Of a stretch of 64,000 nt of DNA, positions 12,824 to 25,229 are shown piece after piece (within the stretch, counting starts at the first letter, position 1; each line of letters opens with the position of its first letter). The stretch lies in the NCBI RefSeq assembly GCF_963921235.1, contig NC_086097.1, forward strand, positions 27,034,001 through 27,098,000, read 5' to 3'. The stretch comes from Mobula hypostoma. Its lineage: Eukaryota. The position numbers were made by a program, and so were the translations under genes. The notes beneath the pieces were generated by a model that ran no database searches, was not told the origin of the DNA, and saw only the letters and a program-made list of their open reading frames with translations.

Positions 12824-13260
12824 GATGTTGAGTGCAAGGTTGTTGCTGCGACAACACTCCACTAATTGGTATATCTTGCTCCTGTACTCCCCTTCGTCTC
12901 CATCTGAGATTCTCCCAGCAATGGTTGTATCATCAGCAAATTTATGCTTCACTACCCGATGAACTTAACGCTTTCTATGCCCGCTTTGAAGATCCCTGCT
13001 GCAGCCAGTGACCCTGTGATTGCTGTCTTGGAGGCCAATGTTAGGCTGTCTCTAAAGGCGGTGAACCCTCACAAGGTGGAAGGCCCCGATGGAGCACCTG
13101 GTAAGGTTCTGAAAACTTGTGCCAACCAAGTGGCAGGAGTTTTCCAGGACATTTACAAACTCTCATTGCTATAGGCGGAAGTTCCTACTTGCTTCAAGAA
13201 GGCAACAATTATACCAGTGCCTAAGAAGAATAACGTGAGCTGCCTTAATAAACATTTGTT

Positions 13261-16200
13261 GGACTTCCGGTGAGGCACGAGGCAAGATGGCAGCACAGCA
13301 CTGAGCGTTGACATATAACTCTCCTTCTTCACATTCTTTAGGGCTCATAGACGGTCTTAATACAAAGTTGAGTTGGAGAAAGATCTAACTAAAGACATGA
13401 CCTCAAAAAAAAAGTCCACATTCAACCAGGAAACAAGGTACCATACCAGCAGATGACACCAAGCTAGCAATTCATCCGAGGAAATAGCTATGCTAATTAA
13501 GCAAACAATGGCAACGGAGATGGAATCACTGCAAGAAAAGGTAGCCCACATGCTAAAGGAGTCGCTGGAAAAGTCTCTCGACCCCATACAGAAGCATATG
13601 GCAGAGAATGGCAACATTCTCCGGTCGTTAAAGGAGCAAGCGGACATTCATGCTAAAAAATTTAGCACAGTCTTCAACAAAATAGACAACATTCAGGTTA
13701 GCTTACGCAAGAATGAGAAAGTTACTAACTTCTGTCTCGCGGAGGTGACTAAGATATGGAAGAAGCTAAACAACTTGGAGGACAGATCCAGGAGAAATAA
13801 TGTGTGGCTGGTCAACTTACCGACAGGTGCTGAGGGTAACGATCCAAGAGGTTACCTCCAGGAGATGCTGCCTAATTGGATTCCAGTGCTCAAGAATTCC
13901 CACAGCACTCCATTGGAGATCGATAGAACACATAAGATCTTTTCCAACGACACCTCAAGACTGCGGACCATGGTTTTTAGGCTTCTACAGTACACCGACC
14001 AGCAGGCTATCCTGGAGGGCGCGAGGAAAGCCAAACCTACTCTCCCCGACGGCACCCAGCTGCGGTTCTTCACCGACTACAGCCCCGGCACGACAGGGAT
14101 ACAAGGAGATCCGTGCTAAGCTTTGACGTAAGGAGATCGACTCATTCTTCATATACCCAGCGGTTTTGAGAGTGAATATCAAGGGCATGAAGATGTCGTT
14201 TAACTCAGCAGAGGAAGTGAAAGAAGCTCTGAAATCATCAGTGCTGGGAGATATGGAAGAAGACCCTGGGCAAAGTCCACACGCCCCTTGGCAGGAGACG
14301 GAACTGCATGAAGAGCTCGGACCAGCCTATATGCACAACCTAACAGGCACGGGCAAGTTAACGTCCTATGTGTGAAATTTTCTGTTTATTCTTTTATTGG
14401 AAAGTCATTCATTCCACTTTTGTATTAAGTTAATTAAGGGGCCAATTTGTTTCTGAGTATTGCAGGTCAGGGTTTTAAGGTAATGGCTCCGCTAACTTGT
14501 TAGTACAAGGATAACATGGTAAGGTGATATAAGTCCGCCTAGATTTATACCTCTTATCTTTTACTTTCTAAGGTGATATTCAATACACCCAAGTGTCATA
14601 CTTTATCAAGAATGAAGCTGAAAAACAGCAGTTTGTTTTGAATAACTTTAGTTGTACATAAACAACAGGAATTCTGCAGATGCTGGAAATTCAAGCAACA
14701 CACATCAAAGTTGCTGGTGAACGCAGCAGGCCAAGCAGCATCTGTAGGAAGAGGTGCAGTCGACGTTTCAGGCCGAGACCCTTCGTCAGGAGTCCAATAG
14801 CATCCTACAGATGCTGCTTGGCCTGCTGCGTTCACCAGCAACTTTGATGTGTGTTGCTTTAGTTGTACATGTTCATTTCTGGTTATGTCTTCTCCAGTAG
14901 GCTTGTTTATGTTCCTGGGCGCCAGATAAGACGTTACTGGCGCCATCACTAAGCGACGGTCTATTAAAGCAACAGTCTCCCGCAAGAGAGCTGTTGGGGT
15001 CTTGATTATGTGTTATATTTGAGACGGGAATGGTTTTAATTATATAGGTTAATGGGTTTGACCAGGTTTTTTTTTTCTTGTCTCTTTGATATGATTGTCT
15101 ATGAGAACTGCTTTGCCTTTCTAATTTGTTGGTGCTAGAGGGGGGCGGTTATTGTTCAGTGTCTGACATTGCTAAGTGACACTCACAGATGTTACAAAGT
15201 AAAGGGTTGAATGGGGGGGTGATGGGAGGGGTGATGGGGTGGGAGGGGTGATGGGGGGATGGGAGGGGTGAGGGGAGGGGGGTGGGAAGGGGGTAACTCA
15301 AGGCTCCACCACCAACTTACAACAACAGATCCAGGGGAAGATGAGCAATACAGATAAATTAGAAAATCTTACTATTGTATCATTTAATGTTAGAGGATTA
15401 AACTCTCCCTACAAGTGTTCAAAGGTTTTAGATTCTTACGCAGAAAGAAAATAGATATCGCGCTGTTGCAGGAACCGCATCTTAAACCTAATGACATTCC
15501 CAGGGTTCAAAACCACTTGTATAAACCAGTTGTGGCATCAGCTGATGGTACTCGTACGAAAGGAGTTATGATATTAATGAGACATAGTATTAATGTATCA
15601 ATTGAAAGGACTGGCGCCAACAATGAAGGACGTCTAGCTTTTTGCTGTACATCCATTCAGGGTAAAAAAGTTGCATTTATTAGCCTATATGTCCCAACTA
15701 TATTCGAGGTTGAATTTTTTTCCCTCAATTACCTCACAATTACTGAAGTTAAGTGACTACCAACTATATGTTGGTTCGGACATGAATGTTTTGCTAAACA
15801 ATGACCTCTAAATCTTCCTCAACTATATCAAGCTCTCAAGAATCTGCTTCCAAAGCACTTAACCTTTTTCTAACGGATTTAAATTTAACGGATGTGTGGA
15901 GGGTGCATAATCCATCTGCTAAAAACTGTACCACCTTCTCCACAAGACATAAAACTTTCTCTCGGATAGATTATATTCTTATATCCTCCAGTTTGCTGCC
16001 TTTGGTACACTCAGTAGAATTTTTGCCCAGACATCTATCTGATCACTACCCAGTCATATCTACTTTTAATTATGGCAAAATTAAAAATAAGGCTACTCCA
16101 CCCTTCTAAAAAACGACGAATTTCTAACACAACTGAGAACAAAACTGACGGAATTTATAAATTTAAATTAGTGTCTCGGATGTGACAGTGGTTTGGGCCT

Positions 16201-19200
16201 CCATCAAGGGTTTCTTACGAATTAACGCCATATGGTTCAGTTCCCATCTACATAAAAGCCGGCTTCAAAAGATTAACACCCTAGAAGAACAATGTAAAGT
16301 TTTGGAGAATGATCTTAAAAAGAGATGCACCATAACAAAAGAAAACGGGTTCAAAACAAAACAAGCAGAATTAAGTGATTTATTAAGCAGGGCAGAATAT
16401 ATGATCCATATTACCAAACATAAGTATTACGCAGAAGGCAGCAGACCGAGCCATCTTTTAGCACTAACGCTCAAACAGGAAGCTAAAAGGTCTAAACCAG
16501 TGATTAGATGTGCTAAATGTGGAGTAGTATCTTCAACAGAGGAAATAAACAAGACATTAAAGAATTACTTTAAAGAACTGTATACAAGTGGCTCAGTTCC
16601 TTCTGAGAATGACTTCACAGATTTTTTTAGTGGATTAGACCTCCCTATGTTGTCATTAGAGGACACCAAAACTCTAGTCTCTCCTATCACACTGGATGAG
16701 CTACTTAAAGCAGTCAAAGCTACAAATAAAGGGCCGTACGCCAGGTATAGATGGCATACCTGTGGAACTTTACCTAGCACTTTGGGATATCTTTGGACCA
16801 GTATGGTTAGAAACATTAAATTATGCTTTTGGAAATGGCGCTTTCCATAGAGATCTAAACACAGCCCTGATCACAGTTATACCTAAGCCCAGTAAGGACC
16901 CCTTGGAGTGTGCCAATTACCGTCCAATCTCCTTGATGAATGCTCACCTCAAGATATTTTCCAAAGTCTTAGCCAGTAGACTTGAGACAGTAGTTGGGAA
17001 AATAATTAGCCCAGATTAAAGGGGGCGTCTCGCATCTGATAATATTCGCCGGCTCTTACACATACTGAGTGCAACACATAAAATCCTGCCTGCCTGTGGC
17101 CTGCTATTTCTAGATGCTGAAAAAGCGTTCGATCGCCTTGAATGGCCACACCTTTGGAGAGTTCTAAAAGAATTTAAGTTCGACGATAAATTTATCAATA
17201 TGATTCAAACACTGTATGCTAATCCTTCAGCCCGGGTATGTGTGGGAGGTTTCTCAGAGTTATTTGACATAAGATAGGGCACACAACAAGGGGACCCGTT
17301 GTCTCCTTTAATTTTTACTATATCTATTGAACTGCTTGCACATTTAATTAGAAACTCTCCTCAGATCTGCCCTATTACAATAGGTACAACATCACATTCA
17401 GTATCACTTTATGCAGACGACACGCTAGTTTATATGGCAAATGTTCAACAAACTCTCCCCTCTGTTTTAAGAACACTGGAGCAATTTGGATTTCTTTCAG
17501 GATACAAAGTTAATTTGTCAAAATCAGGACTGATGCTGATTAATACAGATAAAAGTAAGGTGTCTCTTCCTCCCCAGATTAAGGTTACAAATGAGGTCCT
17601 CTACTTGGGTATTAAAGTTAATGCTTCCCTATCATATTTGGCTAAAACAAATTACTCTTTAGTTTTGAAAAAAATAGAAGAAGATATTAATAGATGGAGA
17701 CACCTGCCAGCATCAGTCCCAGCCCGTATATCGGTCATTAAAATGAACATCTTACCCCACATTAACTTTATCAGTTCAATGATCCCACTTGCACCTCCAG
17801 CAGGATATTGGCAAAAACTGGACTCCTTACTACGATGCTATGTTTGGAATGGTAAACGACCCAATATAAAGTGGTCAGCTGTACAATTCAAAAAGTCAGA
17901 TGGGGGATTGGCATGTCCAAATTTTAAATTGTATCACTGGGCATTTGTATTAAAAAGTCTTAGCTATTGGATGGAGGAGGATAAAGTTTCGTCATAGAAA
18001 AATATAGAACAAGAGCTAATAGCACCAATAAGGTTGAAGGACTTTCTCCTTATAGGTATGTCCACCAAAAAATGTGATTTGTATTACGGTCCAGTTTTAA
18101 AACCCATATGCTGCAAGTGTTTAGAGCAGCAGAAAAATTCCTAAAATTTAAAAGCATATGGTGCAAATCATCTCCATTATGGAACAATAATCATCTTCTA
18201 TCTGGGGGGAAACCATTCACTAACAGAACTTGGGAGGATAAAGGTATTACTACCCTTCAAGATATTAATGGGGCAAGTACAATCCTTAGCTTTCAAGAAC
18301 TGGTATCTCGATATAATATTGATAAACACTCGCTTTTCTCCTACTTTAGAGTAAGATCAGCTTGTGAAGCCTACAGGGTTCCTTGGAGCTCAGATTTAAA
18401 GGACCATCCCATTTTAAGTTGGATACAGAGAGCTCCAGGACAGATAGTTTCATATATCTATGATAAATTAAACTCCCAGAAATATATGCCTACATCAGGA
18501 ATGAAAGCCTAGGATAGGGACATATCTGAATTGGGACAAGACTTAGACGGGGATGCAATTTGGGATAATGCTGCCGGTGCTTCAAAAAACCCAAATCATC
18601 GGTATATACACTTGAAATTTTGTCATAGAGCATATTTAACACCGAGAATTAGACATCAAATGGGGCTGGTTCCTGACACATATTGCTCATTTTGCCCCCA
18701 CGGAACCATTGACTCTTTTATACACGTTGTATGGGAATGTCCAGGGGGTTTTTGATTTGTGGGGGAAGGTTATCAGTACTCTTAAAGAACTAACAGGAGT
18801 ACAATTACCAATGGACCCCGCTGTACATCTTCTAAATGATGACTCCCACCTTTCCCTTACGGAAAAAACATGCAAAATCTGGCTGGCAGGCCTGACTGCA
18901 GCTAAGAAGATTGTAGTCCAGCGTTGGAAACCTCCCCATGATATTTCAAATACTCACTGGCTTCAGAGCTTTTTGGACATTTCTTACCTGGAACTATCAT
19001 CAGCAAGAGTAAATGATGCACGACCAAACACAATCTTAATGTGGACAAATTTGATATCTAACTTAAAAGATCTTCTGCTGAAATAGGAATGCTCTGTCTG
19101 TGTATGCACTACTATTCAGTTGGTTGGTGGAGGGGAGAGGGGTGGAGGGGGGGGTGATGATGAGGGGTGGAGGGGGGATGATGATGAAAGTTGGGGGGTG

Positions 19201-19285
19201 GCTGGGTTAAACAGTCAAAATGTAATCGGCAACTGGTTGTATTGAATGTAATTTGTTGGTGTTGCAATAAAAAATAGTGATAAAA
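13261..19285 (+). mobile_element. Full-length but frameshifted L1-clade LINE
   Basis: ORF1 with LEDRSRRNN; ORF2 fragments (FNVRG, SRIDY, SDH, YRPISL, LYADD, C-terminal Cys/His motif); AATAAA and A-rich end; 14-bp TSD AATAAACATTTGTT at 13247-13260 and 19286-19299. Confidence 0.93.
14660..14856 (-). mobile_element. Short Penelope terminal-repeat-derived insertion with a hammerhead motif and 55-bp inverted repeat
   Basis: TSD CTTTAGTTGTACAT at 14646-14659 and 14857-14870; CTGACGA...GAAACGTC on the minus strand at 14789-14762. Confidence 0.75.
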
Positions 19286-19299
19286 AATAAACATTTGTT

Positions 19300-19702
19300 C
19301 ATACCTGCTATACACCTCTTTATTTTTTAACCATGGCCTCAATATCTCTTGAAAACCAATATTTTCTACACTTTATCTTTTATTCTGATAGTCCTATACA
19401 GGCTTTGTACTTTCAAAATTTCACTTTTGAAGGCCTCCTGCTCATGGCTACAATATCATTACTCCATGTGTTCATCCATGCCTTGAGCTCACTCACCTCT
19501 CTTAAGATACTTCTTGTATTGAAATATGCGCAGCTCAGGACACTAGTTGCACCACGCTCAACCTTTTGATTCCTGACTTTGTTTGAGGTCTTGCCAACAT
19601 CTGTCCCCACAACCTCTCCACCAACTGTTCTGGCATTCTGGTTCCTATACCCCTGCAACTGTAGTTTAAACCCCACCGTGCAACACTGACAAACCTTCCC
19701 AA
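19300..19702 (-). mobile_element. Continuation (5' part, internally deleted) of the CR1 broken at 3931
   Basis: Aligns by eye with the corresponding segment of the 8367-12823 CR1; ORF 19413..19706 carries the YFNTRSI endonuclease start. Confidence 0.75.
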
Positions 19703-20110
19703 ACAAAGATTAGCTTTATTTGTCTTATCTACATTGAAACATCATAATATACAGTGAAATGCTTTGTTTGCAAAAATGACCAACACAGTCTGAGGATAGT
19801 ACTGTAAGTGTCACCATGCTTCCTGCACCAACGTAGCATGCCCACAACTCACTAACCCTAACCTGTGCATCTTTGGAATGTGGGAGGAAACTGGAGCACC
19901 CAGAGGAAACCCACGCAGTCACTGGGAGAACATGTTGTACAAAATCTTTACAGACAGCAGCATGAATTGAACCCTGATCGATGACCCTAACTGGTATGTC
20001 TTTGGAACATGTGCATGTGAAAATAAAGCTAATGTTTTATTTTGATATCAGTGGAGAATGTTAGAAATACTCTACAGGTCAGGCAGAATCTGTGAAGAGA
20101 GACAAATCAG

Positions 20111-20524
20111 GCTGATGAATATTCAACGGTACTCTGACAAAATCATTTCTTGGAATCTCATCTACACCCGATTTCGGCTGCTGACAGACAGCTGTTGTGT
20201 AGAAGTGTGTTATACATGGACAGCTGTTTACGTCGATGTGTGTTATACCAAGCTGCTTGTGTGGATACGGGGTATATATAGAGTTTGAGAACTTTACATT
20301 TGATAGTGATAAAGTGTCGTTCATGGACGGCTCTATACGTAGGCATCTGTCAGACACGGACTGCTGTGTGTGCCAGCACGCCTCACACACAGACTGCGCT
20401 TTCTGCATGTGCCAACGTGTTGCGCACAGCGGCTCTGTGGGCAAGTAAGTGTTCTGAACCTTTATTCATAATTACCTGTGGCATTGCTGTGAAGACTTTC
20501 ATGTTAACATTTCAAGGTCTGACC
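20111..20524 (+). ncRNA. Putative intronic box C/D RNA with a long G.U-rich hairpin (scaRNA-like, orphan)
   Basis: TGATGA 20113-20118, CTGA 20134-20137, hairpin ~20180-20442, CTGA 20454-20457, GTGAAGA 20489-20495, CTGA 20519-20522; ends 100 nt upstream of the exon 2 acceptor. Confidence 0.6.
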
Positions 20525-20622
20525 AGGAACGGGAGTCTATTCCAGGCCCTATCAATGTTTGGATAGATCATGACTGATCAAAATTGCAGTTGTATGACCC
20601 ACTGTCTTTTCTTTCCCCTTAG

Positions 20623-20676
20623 GGTCAGAGCCAAAGTGGAGGTCATGGGGCTGGAGGTGGAAAGAAAGATGATAAG
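20623..20676 (+). CDS. PSMC1: PSMC1 coding exon 2 (GQSQSGGHGAGGGKKDDK)
   Basis: Polypyrimidine tract and AG at 20621-20622, GTGAGT donor at 20677. Translation matches the Rpt2/PSMC1 N-terminus after the initiator Met. Confidence 0.95.
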
Positions 20677-22817
20677 GTGAGTGTTTCAACTGTTATCACT
20701 GTTCATTGTAGTGATTGTTGTTATAATTTAAATTATAACTAGTTCCTTTAACTGTACCACCCTGGTAATTAATGCTTTAAGTGCACGTTAAACAGTATCA
20801 GCCTTAAAGAAGGAAAGTTTAAGAAGTTGGCAGCATCTGCAAAGAGTGATACAGTTAATATTTCTTGAGAACTGAAGAGAGAATGACATTTTACTGAATG
20901 AAAAGTCAGGGATGTAGGAGAAGGGGTTAGTGGGGTAAGAAGACCAGATTGGGAAAAACACTACTGAGGAACTCAATGAGTCGGGCAGCTTCTGTTGGTG
21001 GAAATAGTTAATGTTTCAAGTCAAGACCCTTTATCAGAACTGGTAGTGTTGACCTGAAACATCGACTCTCCATTTCCCTCCATGGGTGCTGCCTGACTCC
21101 GAGTTCCTCCAGTAGTTATTATTTTGATCCAGATTCCAGCATTTGCACACACTTGTGTCCACAGAGCCCTCGACTCCCTCGGTTGCCAGAAATTGATCAA
21201 TATCAGTTTTGATTTAATTCCTCCTGGATCTGTAGCCTTAGTGTAGCAAATTCAAAAGATTACACCCACCTGAATAATGAATTTTCTCACAGTAGTCTTA
21301 AATGGGCAATCTCTACTCCTGAGACTGTGACTTGAGTTCCAGATTTACCTGTCAGCAGAAACAGTCTCCCAGCACCCATATATTACATCTGCTGAGAATT
21401 TTACATCTTTTAATATTATTGTCCTTTGTTTTACCATAACTCAAAGAATGAATACTCCTGCCACCCAGTCCCAAAAGTGTGATATTCCTTTGGAATATTC
21501 CCTGAGCTGAGGAGCCCTTTCTCATTTTCCACTTGTTTTTGTGATCATAAGACATGGAGCAGAATTAGGCCATTTGGCCCATTGAATCTGCTCCACCATT
21601 CGATCATGAATCAGGAGTAGGCCATTCAGCTGCTCAGAGCTGCCTCACCATTTAATCTGATCAAAGCTGATCTGCCCCATCAAGTTTGCTCCACCATTCA
21701 GTCATGTCTGATTTATTATCCCTCGCAACCCCATCCACCTGCTTTCTCCCCGTAACCCTTGACACCCTTACTAATCAAGTACCTATCAACCTCTGCTTTA
21801 AATAAACCCAATGATTTGGCCTCCACATCCATCTGGGACAATGAATTCCATAGATTTACCACTCTGTGGCTAAAGAAATTCCTCCTCATCACTGTTCTAA
21901 AGGGACGTCCTCCTTTTCTGAGGCTGTATTTTTTAATTTATTGCACTGTGCTGCTGAACTACATATGTCAGCGATAAATAAATCTGACTCTGATCTGGGA
22001 CATTTCTGTTTTGGTCATTACCTTGCTCACATCTTCGTGAAATGATAATATTTCTTAAGGAACGGCTTCTTGCACTCTCATCATCAGATTTCTGAACAGT
22101 CCATAAACCCATGCACACTACCTCGTTATTCCTTTTTTTATGTACTTCTTTTGTAATTTTTAGTTACTTGATGTTTTTTCTGTCACAAAAAAAAATGTCA
22201 TGTCCTATAATAATTTCGAATCTGATCACATACTAGCTGCTATCAGATTGCAAGAGTCCAGCTATGAGTTGAAACCCTCTTCTCTGGCATGCTTGGGAAC
22301 TGACCAGTGCAGAAATTGGCCCAAGCATAAACCTGAGCTTTAGACTTGCCATTTCACTTTGCATGTGTATTGCTGTGTCATGAAATGTAGAATGAAGCTT
22401 AGAACAGAAAATGCCGTCAGAAATCATTTTTATTGTTTTGGGAAATGTAATATAAAGCTTACAATTTCAAAGCTGTACAGGTTGTACCCTGGTTATGGCT
22501 GGGCTTGGTTTGTGGGAAACCATTTGTAACCTGAACCAGATTCCCACCGGACAGATACACAGCAGTCAGCAAGTCCATCCCACTCATCTCTTCATTGCTC
22601 GCTTGTAGATATAAGGCTGTACATAAGTTGAGTGATTGTAGGCTGGTTAGGACTTGTAGTACACAGTACTTGCTCTTAATAAACGATGAGATGTATTTTG
22701 GAAAGTTAAACTATTTTAGGATTTTTACTGTGGTAGTGCACTGGAGTGAAATGGAGCAGAGAAATATTTTTTACAAAACTTTATTATAAATTCAAACCAC
22801 TACAGTACTGGCACGTT

Positions 22818-23052
22818 GCCACGTGACCAAGCGGTTAAGATGTTCGTCTAGTGATCTGAAGGTCGCTAGTTCGAGCCTTGGCTGAGGCAGTGTGTGTGTC
22901 CTTGAGCAAGGCACTTAACCACACATTGCTCTGCAATGACACTGGTGCCAAGCTGTATGGGTCCTAATGCCCTTCCCTTGGACAACATCAGTATCGTGGA
23001 GAGGGGAGATTTGCAGCATGGGCAACTGCCAGTCTCCCATACAATTTTGCCC
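22818..23052 (+). mobile_element. tRNA-derived CORE-type SINE
   Basis: A-box-like GTGACCAAGCGG, B box GTTCGAGCC, and CORE-like TGTCCTTGAGCAAGGCACTTAACC. Confidence 0.6.
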
Positions 23053-24534
23053 AGTACAGTACTATTGTACAATCATACTGCATACAAAAGTGAGACAAAT
23101 CAAAGTTCAAACTATATTTATTATCACAGTACGGTTACAATATGGTTGTATTGTCACCATATACAACCCTGAGATTCATTTTCTTGCCGGCATACTCAAT
23201 AAATCCATAATAGAATAATAACCATAACAGAATCAATGAAAGACTGCAGCAACTTGGGCATTCACCCAGTGTGCAAAAGACACAAACTGTGCAAATACTA
23301 AAAGAAAGTAATAATAATAAATAAATAAACAGTAAATATAGAGAACATGAGATGAAGAGTCTTCGAAACTGAGTCCATAGGTTGTGGGAACATTTTGGTG
23401 ATGGGGCAAGTGAAGCTGAGTGAAGTATCTCCTTTGGTTTAGTCTAACACAGACTAAACTACCACATTCCCGTCCTCATCAAGGATGACATTTATCCCCT
23501 GTGGTGCCCAACAATCTCAGAATACCTCTGTTACCTGTGGGCGTCACATGTTCTTTTTTTCACAGGTAGTCAGGCATGGACATACCTCCTGAACTTCGCC
23601 AGGCAGTCAGCCTGGGCGGATCCCTCTGCTGCCAGTCTCTAGAATAGATGTCTTAGCCAGCCTCTGGGTAGATTTACTAGGACATTCTGCTACCTCCTTG
23701 CACCCCTCTGTACTGAGGCAAAAATACAGTCAGGATGCAAGGAGCAGCCCTCTTGGATATGCAAAAGGGGGCTACTACCTTGCACACTTCATGTAATTGC
23801 ACATAGTACACGGTCTCTTCTAGCGAGAAGTACGTGCATAGTTCATTGACAGTAGCATCGCAGGTAGACAGGTGGTGAAAAAGATACTTGGCATGTTGTT
23901 CTTCATCAGTGCTTAATGCTGTTGAAACATGGGTATGTAATAAAATTTAGAAGAGAAGATAAATTTCATCTGCGAAGTTCAAAGTGAATTTATTGTCAAA
24001 AAATGTATATGTTACACTATACTGCCTTGAGATTCATTTTCTTGCAGGCAATTAGAGGAAAAAATACAATAGAATTTACTAAAAGCTATACATAAACAAC
24101 GACTGGCAAATTATCAATGTGCAAAAAATGACAAACTGCAAATAAAAATAATACTGTGAACAGGTCCTGTGAAAAGTCCTTGAAAATTAGTCTGAAGGTT
24201 GTAGGATCATAGAAAGAGCAGTTACAAAGCAAAAATATCTCAATAAATTCTGTATCTTTTATCTTTGCTTGTGAGGTTCCGTAAGTCACATTCTAGTTGG
24301 GAAACTGATACATTAGTTTCCAAGGGTTATAAATCAGAGTTTAGGTTCTTTCTCTTAGACTCTGCTAATACAGCTTCTCTGGTGGCTGCTTTGCAAGCCA
24401 ACAGCAACAGATTTAAAACATGCCAGACCACAGGACCACAGAATGCCAATCAAGTGAGTTTCAATCTGTGTAAGGCTCTGGCATAGAATCCAAAAAGGGC
24501 AGATGTTTAAAGGTAACTCCTTTGCGTGTCCTAG

Positions 24535-24831
<297 letters not shown>

Positions 24832-25229
24832 TGACATTTATCAGACCATCTATTTTAGTGATATTAAAGGGGGGTAAAAATTGGTCAAAACAGAGCAAAT
24901 AACTTAAAAATGTTCTTTGAGGTCTTTAGCATCTACTTTTAAAAAGGACAAGACTTTATTGAATAGTCTTCTGTCTATCTTGGTCAGTTAGGGAAGTAGG
25001 TCTAGGAGTGGAGTACAGATAAGTGTGATTTATAGAGCAGTACAGTACAGATACAGGCCCTTCAGTCCAACTAGTCCATGTGGACCATGGCACCCACCCT
25101 GCTTGCCCCAATTTCCTGCATTTGGCCCATATCTCTCTTAACACCGCCCCTCCACGTACCAATTCAAATGATACTATTGTACCTGCTTCAACCATTTCCT
25201 CTGGCAGCTCACTTCGTATGCTCACCAGT

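Larger units (their letters stand above)
3932..13247 (-). mobile_element. Rex1/Babar-type LINE in four pieces (3932-4103, 7764-8366, 12824-12944 on -, and 12945-13247 inverted on +)
   Basis: Peptides LKNLYRCTVESILTGCIT, SLLPSGRRYR, KFADDTT, GPDG.PG.VLKTCA; flanked by ATAAACAT at 3924-3931 and 13248-13255. Confidence 0.8.

Noticed and set aside
20236..20448. Cys-rich 70-aa ORF and a strong AA|GTAAGT donor at ~20445 as an alternative PSMC1 first exon
   Set aside because: The frame that joins exon 2 has an upstream stop and no ATG. The Cys codons follow from the TG-rich hairpin.
22818..22890. tRNA gene (also ~32935-33000)
   Set aside because: A and B boxes are present but there is no complete cloverleaf, and the sequence continues into a SINE body.
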